Shown here: piece after piece, positions 33,858 to 41,667 of the stretch
Layout of the letters: every line of letters begins with the position of its first letter
How positions within the stretch are numbered: the stretch's first letter is position 1
Source: Alphaproteobacteria bacterium UBA828
GTDB lineage: Bacteria; Pseudomonadota; Alphaproteobacteria; UBA828
DNA length: 64,000 nt
Reading direction: 5' to 3'
Assembly: GCA_002296185.1 (NCBI GenBank)
Contig: DBHM01000027.1
Span: 158,867 to 222,866, forward strand
Notes under the pieces: generated by a model
Database searches by the model: none
What the model was told of the DNA's origin: nothing
Seen by the model: the letters and a program-made list of their open reading frames with translations, nothing else
Made by a program: the position numbers and the translations under genes

Positions 33858-35726
33858 TTGCGAAATTTTAGAACAGTTCTTTTCGACAAAAATCCTGGGC
33901 GGAATGCACAGACGGTCGGCATTGCGCGAGAACTGGGCACCGATATTGAACTCATTCACGAGCCATCGGTTGGTGTCGTGGGCAACAAAGGCGATTCTCA
34001 GTGTTATCTCGGCGTACAGCGCAAGGTTGAAGCAATTCACGATTGTCTGCGTAGCAGTATTGGACAGAGTGATGGGCAGATGCGCGTCCGTTTGGTGCAA
34101 CCAGAATATTCCGTCGCAACCTCTGATGGTATGCGAAACGGTACGCGCGAGATGCGCTATTCGCTAATCGGCCGTGAAGTCACCAACGATACGATAACGG
34201 AACATCTCAGTGCTAGCGGACTTGAGGGTACCGTTGCCGTAGTCGCTTGTGACAAGCCACCTGTTGGAACACTGGCTGCCCTACTGGAGCATGACCGACC
34301 GTCGATAATTATGTCGGACGGACCGATCCGCCCGGGCCTAGACTCCGTCACTAAAGAGCGGATCGACATTATAACCGGATTCCAAGTCGCCGGGAGCTCC
34401 GATGAGGAGATGAAGAAGCGCGTCGCTTGCGAAGCGTGCCCAGGCTATGGCAGCTGCGGAGGCATGTTTACGTATAACACAATGCAAACCTTCATTGCAG
34501 TTGTCGGTATGGAGCCACTGCACATGGTTTCGCCGCCCTCGGACGACCCACGGCGTATCGAACATTATCCAAGCGAGTTGATATCTTACTTAGATAGGCT
34601 TATAGCCAATGACCTTTCGCCACGTAAGATTGTCAATCGCGATTCCATTCGCAATGCGATGATTGTGGCCATGGCGATTGGTGGCTCAACTAATGTTCTA
34701 CTGCATGGTCCAGAGATTGCTCGTGCCGCAGGATTTAGCAGCTTTACGAAAGACATCATGTCGCCGGAGGAGTTCAATCACCTCTCTCAATACGTAGTGC
34801 CAGTGCTGATCAATGCGCGGCCATTTGGGCAATATTCTATGGTCGACATTGATGATAAGGGTGGTATTCAAGTTATCGTCAAGGAGCTACTAGAGGCAGG
34901 ATTACTAAACGGTGACGTCATGACTTGTACAGGAGAAACCTTGATTGAACAGGTAGCGCGCCTTGATCCTCCGGCGCCAGACGGTGAGGTCATTTACTCG
35001 GTTGAGAAGCCCTTCAAGCCTACGGGGGGCCTTCGCGTGCTCGGTGGAAATTTATCACCTGAGTTTAGTGCTGTCTTAAAACTTGCTGGCGTTGAGGGGG
35101 GGCTAGAAAACAACGTCTTCAATGGCAAGGCACGGGTCTTCAATAGTGAAGTCGAACTGCTTGATACACTGGAGAACCAATCGGAAGTCTTCAAAAACAA
35201 CGACATGATCATTGTCCGCTACGAAGGCCCAAGTGGGGCACCAGGTATGCCAGAAATGCTCGACTCTACCTCGCGTATCACTACCTTATGCCGAGAGCAA
35301 GGGATCGTTGTGGGCTTAATGACCGACGCGCGTTTCTCCGGTGGTTCCGTCGGTCTCGTGATCGGTCATGTTGGTCCGGAAGCGGCTCTCGGGGGTCCAA
35401 TTGCCTATATAGAAGACGGCGACGACATTGTCGTTGACTTAAATAGGAACGAAATAAACTGCCTACAGCTAGGCAATGAATCGATATTATCCGCTCGTAA
35501 GGCAAGCTGGGATAAGGCTGTCGCGGATAATGGCGACATGCATCCGGCAATTGGTGATGTAGATACACGCTTGTTACATAGGATGCGGCGTTCGGCTGTC
35601 TCGGCTGTATTTGGCGCTGGCATGCATCCCGACCGAGAGCTCTGGGTCCACGCTGCACGCAAGCCAGAGATAACTGGATTCGTACCATCAAACAAGTACC
35701 GGGAAGGCTCTGCGAAAGCGTTCTAG
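33858..35726 (+). CDS. IlvD/EDD-family dehydratase (dihydroxy-acid or sugar-acid dehydratase)
   Basis: CDK motif (VVACDKPPVG), Fe-S motif CEACPGYGSCGGMFT, and TDARFSGGSVGLVIGHVGPEAALGGPIA. It has a TTG start, no obvious RBS, and high GC (about 55%). Confidence 0.75.
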   Translation: MRNFRTVLFDKNPGRNAQTVGIARELGTDIELIHEPSVGVVGNKGDSQCYLGVQRKVEAIHDCLRSSIGQSDGQMRVRLVQPEYSVATSDGMRNGTREMRYSLIGREVTNDTITEHLSASGLEGTVAVVACDKPPVGTLAALLEHDRPSIIMSDGPIRPGLDSVTKERIDIITGFQVAGSSDEEMKKRVACEACPGYGSCGGMFTYNTMQTFIAVVGMEPLHMVSPPSDDPRRIEHYPSELISYLDRLIANDLSPRKIVNRDSIRNAMIVAMAIGGSTNVLLHGPEIARAAGFSSFTKDIMSPEEFNHLSQYVVPVLINARPFGQYSMVDIDDKGGIQVIVKELLEAGLLNGDVMTCTGETLIEQVARLDPPAPDGEVIYSVEKPFKPTGGLRVLGGNLSPEFSAVLKLAGVEGGLENNVFNGKARVFNSEVELLDTLENQSEVFKNNDMIIVRYEGPSGAPGMPEMLDSTSRITTLCREQGIVVGLMTDARFSGGSVGLVIGHVGPEAALGGPIAYIEDGDDIVVDLNRNEINCLQLGNESILSARKASWDKAVADNGDMHPAIGDVDTRLLHRMRRSAVSAVFGAGMHPDRELWVHAARKPEITGFVPSNKYREGSAKAF

Positions 35727-35891
35727 GTGAGCCCAGAGCGATTTAGTAGGAATAGATTTTAGAGTGTCATAACCTGGTCTGGCGGGTTTGGTCCTGGTGC
35801 TTGATACAATTGTGGAAAGAATCCGGCAACTACGCCTTTTTCTTTACTAGTCTTGAATACATAAGCGACTTTCATAGAAATCTCGAAAAAA

Positions 35892-35914
35892 ATTACTATT
35901 TAATGAATAGTAAT
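35892..35914. promoter_or_regulatory. 23-bp perfect palindrome ATTACTATT-TAATG-AATAGTAAT upstream of the small membrane protein and photolyase-related genes; candidate operator
   Basis: Inverted repeat read directly from the sequence, about 35 bp upstream of the first ATG of the 35947 ORF. Confidence 0.3.
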
Positions 35915-35946
35915 ACTTTGAGTCTTATCCATTGGCTTAATAATAA

Positions 35947-36462
35947 TTGTATATGAAAGCTATTATATTTTTTTTATTTAACATAATACAGATAGGTAAA
36001 AATATAGAATTCATGATGTTCTCAATCTTTGCTCAAATTAATAATATTTTTAAACATAAAAATACTTGGAAGGTCGCCTCTAAGAATACTTTATGGTGTC
36101 TTTTAGGTTGCTCTATAGGGGATCTTGGTACAATAGCTTTTTTTCAGTTTATGGAAATTGATTGGCCAGTCTTTTCAATAATGGTTCTAGCTATTGTTAA
36201 TGGTTTGATTACGTCAATTCTTTTGGAAACTCTTATCCTTACAAGGCAGATGAATCTTAAAAACTCTTTTAGAACTGCAGTTGGAATGTCATTCATTTCA
36301 ATGATTGCAATGGAAATTGCCATGAATATTACAGATTTAATTTTCACGGGTGGTGCAGTTTTAAATTGGTGGGTAGTCCCATTAATGTTGATAGCGGGTT
36401 TTCTTACCGCAGTACCCTACAATTACTGGCGTCTTAAAGCTTTTGGAAAATCATGTCATTAA
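35947..36462 (+). CDS. Small integral membrane protein (4-5 TM) with a conserved-looking WCLLGCSIGDLG motif
   Basis: 171-aa hydrophobic ORF in a very AT-rich island. The start may be the downstream MMFSIF. Function unknown. Confidence 0.45.
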   Translation: MYMKAIIFFLFNIIQIGKNIEFMMFSIFAQINNIFKHKNTWKVASKNTLWCLLGCSIGDLGTIAFFQFMEIDWPVFSIMVLAIVNGLITSILLETLILTRQMNLKNSFRTAVGMSFISMIAMEIAMNITDLIFTGGAVLNWWVVPLMLIAGFLTAVPYNYWRLKAFGKSCH

Positions 36463-36564
36463 ATTAATAATGAATTTGAAATCGTATATTATATGGATAC
36501 ATATAGTTATAAATATACATAAGATTAATTTTGAAAAAATTGTATAATTTTAATTAAGAATAAC

Positions 36565-38076
36565 ATGACAAATAATTTTTTTGTAATTTTAGGAAATCAA
36601 CTATTTGATCCCAAAATTTTAAAGTCCAAAGGTTGTGGGCATGTTTTTATGGCAGAAGATTTTGGTCTATGTAAATATGTAAAGCATCATAAGCTAAAAA
36701 TCTATTTGTTCTTATGTTCAATGAGAGAATATAGAGATGAATTAAAGAGGTATGGTTTCAAAGTATCTTATTTTTCTCTTGAAGATAGAACTGATAACCT
36801 CAATTACCCAAAATTTTTAATAGATTTTGTAGAAAAAAATAATATATCTAAGATCAATTTCTTTGAAATAGAAGACCATTTCTTTGAAAAAGAAATCTTT
36901 GATCAAATGAAGAAGAAAGGCCTAAAATTACAACTCCATAAATCGCCAATGTTTATGTTTTCACGTAATGAATTTATTTCACTTCACGAAGGGAAAAAAA
37001 ACTTTAGACTTTCTAATTTTTATAAAATAGGTAGAAAAAAATTTAATATACTTATGAATGAAAATTGCGAACCAATTGGAAAAAAGTGGTCATTTGATCA
37101 TGAAAATAGAAAAAAAATACCCAAAAATGTTTCAATCCCAAAACTTCAGCCTCCCAGTCGAACTAAGTACCACAATCAGGTTATTCAATTAATAGAGCAG
37201 CATTTTAGCGATCATCATGGCAGATTAGATAATATATGGTTTCCTGTAGAGCGGGGAGGTGTTGACAGGCATCTTGAATTTTTTCTGGCTCACAAGCTTA
37301 TATATTTTGGGGTATATGAGGACGCAATACGGCATGAAGAAAATTTTTTATTTCATAGCTGTATTAGTCCATTTCTAAATATCGGGTTAATTACACCAGA
37401 CTCATTATTAGAGAGAGTGTTGGAGTTATTTAATAAGGGGTATGCCCCGATTAACTCCATCGAAGGATTTGTGAGGCAAGTATTAGGGTGGCGTGAGTTT
37501 ATACGTGGAATATACCAAATGAAGGGCTCAGAACAGCAGCAAAGCAATTTCTGGGCGCATAAACGTTATTTAAGTGAAAGTTGGTATAATGGTTCGACCG
37601 GGATTGTACCTTTGGATGATTCTATTCAATCGGCAATAAAAGATGGATATAATCATCACATACCTAGGCTTATGGTAATCGCTAATTTGATGAATTTGAG
37701 CGAGATCGATCCAAGGAATATTTATAAATGGTTCATGGAAATGTATATTGATTCGTCAGACTGGGTAATGATACCCAATGTATTTGGAATGGCAACGTTT
37801 GCTGATGGGGGTCTGATATCAACTAAGCCATATTCATGCAGTTCAAATTATATACTTAAAATGAGTAATTATAAAAAGGGAAACTGGTGTAAAGTAGTCG
37901 ATGGATTGTACTGGCGTTTTATTGATAAGCATCAAAAATTTTATAAGTCTAATCCCCGTCTTTCGTTTCAAGTAAAAATGCTAGAAAGAATAGATATTGA
38001 AAGAAAAAAAGAAATTTTCCAATGTGCAGAAATTTTTTTGACTAAAAACACATATTATTCTTCAGAGTTTCTTTAA
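36565..38076 (+). CDS. Cryptochrome/photolyase-family protein, COG3046 (PhrB/CryB-like, deoxyribodipyrimidine photolyase-related)
   Basis: N-terminal VILGNQLF motif and a C-terminal FAD-binding region (HHIPRLMVIANLM...DWVMIPNVFGMATFADGGLISTKPY...NYILKMSNY), matching COG3046 proteins of about 500 aa. Confidence 0.65.
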   Translation: MTNNFFVILGNQLFDPKILKSKGCGHVFMAEDFGLCKYVKHHKLKIYLFLCSMREYRDELKRYGFKVSYFSLEDRTDNLNYPKFLIDFVEKNNISKINFFEIEDHFFEKEIFDQMKKKGLKLQLHKSPMFMFSRNEFISLHEGKKNFRLSNFYKIGRKKFNILMNENCEPIGKKWSFDHENRKKIPKNVSIPKLQPPSRTKYHNQVIQLIEQHFSDHHGRLDNIWFPVERGGVDRHLEFFLAHKLIYFGVYEDAIRHEENFLFHSCISPFLNIGLITPDSLLERVLELFNKGYAPINSIEGFVRQVLGWREFIRGIYQMKGSEQQQSNFWAHKRYLSESWYNGSTGIVPLDDSIQSAIKDGYNHHIPRLMVIANLMNLSEIDPRNIYKWFMEMYIDSSDWVMIPNVFGMATFADGGLISTKPYSCSSNYILKMSNYKKGNWCKVVDGLYWRFIDKHQKFYKSNPRLSFQVKMLERIDIERKKEIFQCAEIFLTKNTYYSSEFL

Positions 38077-38238
38077 ATTTTTTACTGGATATTTTTGGAT
38101 TTTTCATGAAGAAGAAGTGGTTTTTATAAGATATTAATTTAAGTCTATTATCACTATAGAATGTAATGGTTGTGTGTGGTTGAAATAAAATTATGAGACG
38201 GCTAGGGTGTAAGAAGTATTCCTTGAAGGATTAAATCA

Positions 38239-39651
38239 ATGTCAGTGCTACTTGATCAAAACAAAAACTATAATGCACAATTTGGACCAATCTTTAGATC
38301 ATCAGCAATTTTTTATATTCCTCGTGATGTTAAGACGACTATAACTGTTTCCAATTACTGGGATTTTAAAAACAATTTAGAAGTAGGGCTATTATTTTCA
38401 ATACGTAAACTTAGTGGAGAATTAGTTGAGAGACGAGAGCTATACTTTAATGATGGATTAGTTATTAATGAGAGTAAATGGCCTATCGAAGAGGGTTCTG
38501 TCGAGGTGGAGGCATTCGGTAATAAAAACCTTCGTATACCTTATGCGGCTGTCATGGGAGTATATGAAACAGAAGCTTCGATTACTATGGTTCACTCTTA
38601 TGGGAGAAACCACAACTTAATAGAAATAGAAGATCGGAGTTCCTTAACCTCTGGACGCGAGAGCTGTTGGACTATTCGTCAAGATAATGATGTTGAGAAT
38701 AAAGCGGTTTTTCATAATGGTCATCTAGGTGTACCTAATCAAATAGCAAAATTTACGTTAACAAATGTTGAGGGAGCGGAGCATTCTACAGATTTCAGTA
38801 TGCCCCTTTTAGAACCGTTTGAAACATTTGTTTTTAACTTGTCTGAAATAGTTCCACAATATAAGGATTTTCTTAGCGGCTCAGACGGTTGGGGGACATT
38901 ACATTTTGAAAATAAAACTGCCTTCACGCGACTACTTTTAGTTTGGCAAAATAAATTAACAGGGGAGTTACAAGTAACTCATTCAAATTTTGATTATTCT
39001 GAGATTGAGACTAATAAGATAGAGGCAACTAAGCCAGCAATTATGAAATGGCCTTCAATATTAACTCAATCAGATTCTGGGCAAGTCGTGCTATATCCAA
39101 AATTTTCCAAAGGTATATATAAAATAACTTCAAATAAAAGTATAACTGAAACTGATAAAGGTTTGTTCATTAAAACTAAGGATATTGATGCTCTTGAATT
39201 TACGTCCTTAGATAAAAACACAATACCTTCACGAATAGTAACTGGAATCACTTATCAAAAAGAAAAAAATACTTTACCATTAGAGTGTTCCATGGGAATT
39301 GTTCACGAAAAAAGACCGCCAAAAAGATTTCACTGGGCTGTTGTCTCAAAAAAGTTCAAGTCACGTCTATTCTTCAATGCCTTTACAGAAATATATCAGG
39401 TCCCTGATGACTTGTTTATCGTATTTAGACTTTATACGGCAAAGAGAAATCAATATGTGGAAAAACGTTTGGATATTCAATCTCTGAATGAAATCCCAGA
39501 TGGTATTTATATAGATGAATTATTTGCCAATATAGATCAATCAGGTCATGAGGATTATTGTTATGTTTCAATGTTCTCAAACTTTGGTGGATTGCTAATG
39601 TATTCTTCTATGCAAAAAAAATCTTCTATGACTATAGAGCATTCATTTTAG
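38239..39651 (+). CDS. Hypothetical protein (470 aa, orphan, predicted beta-rich and soluble)
   Basis: Long uninterrupted ORF with a good RBS (AAGGATT) and host-island-like codon usage. It has no recognisable motifs, no TM segments and no signal peptide. Confidence 0.5.
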   Translation: MSVLLDQNKNYNAQFGPIFRSSAIFYIPRDVKTTITVSNYWDFKNNLEVGLLFSIRKLSGELVERRELYFNDGLVINESKWPIEEGSVEVEAFGNKNLRIPYAAVMGVYETEASITMVHSYGRNHNLIEIEDRSSLTSGRESCWTIRQDNDVENKAVFHNGHLGVPNQIAKFTLTNVEGAEHSTDFSMPLLEPFETFVFNLSEIVPQYKDFLSGSDGWGTLHFENKTAFTRLLLVWQNKLTGELQVTHSNFDYSEIETNKIEATKPAIMKWPSILTQSDSGQVVLYPKFSKGIYKITSNKSITETDKGLFIKTKDIDALEFTSLDKNTIPSRIVTGITYQKEKNTLPLECSMGIVHEKRPPKRFHWAVVSKKFKSRLFFNAFTEIYQVPDDLFIVFRLYTAKRNQYVEKRLDIQSLNEIPDGIYIDELFANIDQSGHEDYCYVSMFSNFGGLLMYSSMQKKSSMTIEHSF

Positions 39652-39683
39652 TCTATTACTTCTTAAGTAAGAATTTTTTCAAT

Positions 39684-40349
39684 TTAGCGATAGATTCCAT
39701 CCCACTCAGTTTTTGAAACCTCTACATTTCCGTCGTCATCAACTGTAGGTCGTTGTAGTACAAAAGTTGTTTCAGGTGTAATTACTCCATAATCCATATA
39801 GCCCATTCGAGCTAAAGGACGCATCTCTGATGTATTTACAATACCATCTTTGATAAATTTATCATTTATATAGACCCCAACTACTTGACCTATAGTCATA
39901 AAATGGCCTTTGTCACCTTGATCAACTACATCTGGTAATTCTATAGTTTTCCAGTGTTTGCACTCTAGAGCGGCTGGAGATCGAGAAACGCGGGGTGGCT
40001 TCACAAATTGTGACTCTGTTGTTTCAAGATTTGCAAGAGAGAATTCATTTGCTAAATAGTCAACAGGTGCTGAGCTAATATTCATACCTTCACGGGTATC
40101 CCACGTAGATAAAGAACACGTAAATTCGCCATTATCTTCAATATTGCGCAGACTGTCTTTTCGGTCTACAGAAGTAAACATCACATAATTTGGATCCGCA
40201 CCTACTGCATTGAAAAAACTATAAGGTGCAAGGTTTAATATGCCGTCGTTAGAAATAGTTGAAATCCAACCAATGGGTCTTGGTGCAACTAAGGCTTTGA
40301 AGGGGTCATGCTTTAAGCCGTGGTTATTCTCTATACTATCATAGTGCAT
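39684..40349 (-). CDS. Flavin reductase-family protein (FMN-binding split barrel)
   Basis: 221 aa with the flavin-reductase-like domain pattern (LAPYSFFNAVGADPNYVMFTS). Confidence 0.7.
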   Translation of the reverse strand: MHYDSIENNHGLKHDPFKALVAPRPIGWISTISNDGILNLAPYSFFNAVGADPNYVMFTSVDRKDSLRNIEDNGEFTCSLSTWDTREGMNISSAPVDYLANEFSLANLETTESQFVKPPRVSRSPAALECKHWKTIELPDVVDQGDKGHFMTIGQVVGVYINDKFIKDGIVNTSEMRPLARMGYMDYGVITPETTFVLQRPTVDDDGNVEVSKTEWDGIYR

Positions 40350-40443
40350 GATATTATTCCTAAAATACGATTAATAAGTTAAATTATTTTATTAGGCAAT
40401 GACTCGAGTAACTTATCTATAATAATACTTAATTCTGCAATAT

Positions 40444-41496
40444 TTAGTTATGGTGCGTTTCCTCAAACCCTCCAAGAATAGCTATAAGATTGTCACCTAG
40501 AATATCTGATATATACCCTCCTTCTTGTATCATAAGAGTAGGTAGTTTAATTCTTCCTATAGCCTGGCCAATTCTATAAAAGCCATCTGTTGTAATACTC
40601 ATAAAAGCAAGTGGATCACTTTCTGATATATCTAGACCAAGCGCTATAATTAATATTTCAGGTTTAAAAGTTATAATCTCATCTATCGCGAAATTTAATG
40701 TGTCTAGATATGATTGATCAGCTGTATTCTTTTCAAGTGGCAAGTTAATGTTATAGCCCTTTCCCATGGCTAAGCCTGCCTCATCTGAGTATCCAGAAAA
40801 AAATGGATAGTAGTCAGATGGATCACCATGAAGTGAAACAGTTAAAACATCAGACCGGTTGTAAAATATACCTTGAGTACCATTTCCATGGTGTACATCA
40901 ATATCCAATATAGCTATTTTTTTTGCCCCATTTTCAATAAAACATTGCCCGGCTATAGCGGTATTATTAAAAAAACAAAACCCTCCTGCTTGATCTGAGA
41001 AAGCGTGGTGACCTGGAGGTCTGCAAAGAGAATAAGCAAAGGTATTTTTTTTGCTATTTTTAGCATCATCGATTAAAGCAAGTGCTCCAGATACGGCAAC
41101 ATTAGCTGATAATATGGCCCCATCATATGTCCCTTTTCCTATCGGGCATGCAGTATCTGCTTGATAATATCCAGCGAGCCCTATGAGTGATTTTGGTAAT
41201 AAACTCATATTTCGACCTGGGTGTATATTGGGAATAACTTCATTACTGCTATCTGGAAGATTTTGCCACAGACTCCATGAATTTTTAAGGAAATTTATAT
41301 AGCCCTTATCATGTATTGCTTCTATAGGTTTTGTGCCATGATCCTGAGACTCTATTAAATTGTGTCCAGCTGCTCTTGCTGATGCTTCTAAGATTTCCGC
41401 TCGTTTTGGTTGTTCAGGATTATTTTTTAGTTGACCTCTAGAAATAAAGGTTTGTGGTGAATGGATAGTATGATTAGGGGAATAAAACACTCGCAT
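40444..41496 (-). CDS. Histone deacetylase-family amidohydrolase (AcuC / acetylpolyamine amidohydrolase-like)
   Basis: HDAC signatures: PGHHA..GGFCFFNN, DIDVHHGNGTQ, and the Zn ligands D-H-D. Confidence 0.8.
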   Translation of the reverse strand: MRVFYSPNHTIHSPQTFISRGQLKNNPEQPKRAEILEASARAAGHNLIESQDHGTKPIEAIHDKGYINFLKNSWSLWQNLPDSSNEVIPNIHPGRNMSLLPKSLIGLAGYYQADTACPIGKGTYDGAILSANVAVSGALALIDDAKNSKKNTFAYSLCRPPGHHAFSDQAGGFCFFNNTAIAGQCFIENGAKKIAILDIDVHHGNGTQGIFYNRSDVLTVSLHGDPSDYYPFFSGYSDEAGLAMGKGYNINLPLEKNTADQSYLDTLNFAIDEIITFKPEILIIALGLDISESDPLAFMSITTDGFYRIGQAIGRIKLPTLMIQEGGYISDILGDNLIAILGGFEETHHN

Positions 41497-41552
41497 TATA
41501 AATCTATCCTAAAACTAGTTGACTGGTGTTTGTTTTCTAATAGAGGTATTAT

Positions 41553-41568
41553 TTAACAATTAATTAAC
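41553..41568. promoter_or_regulatory. Perfect CtrA-box-like motif TTAA-N7-TTAAC in the divergent promoter region between the HDAC-like and DMT genes
   Basis: TTAACAATTAATTAAC read directly from the sequence. AT richness raises the chance of a random match. Confidence 0.25.
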
Positions 41569-41667
41569 ATGTTTTATTATAATCGTTGAACGAAATAGTT
41601 ATGTTTTGAAAAATGAGTATAGTGTTTTCATTACTTATTAATAGTCCACAAGTATAGGCTTATCTTT

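Noticed and set aside
32709-35695. A dozen ORFs of 60-136 aa on the strand opposite hydA and the IlvD-family gene (for example 32795..33100, 33167..33484, 34157..34369, 35281..35691)
   Set aside because: They lie entirely inside two well-supported coding sequences in a high-GC block, where stop codons are rare on the antisense strand. They have no RBS or homology signal, so they are artefacts.
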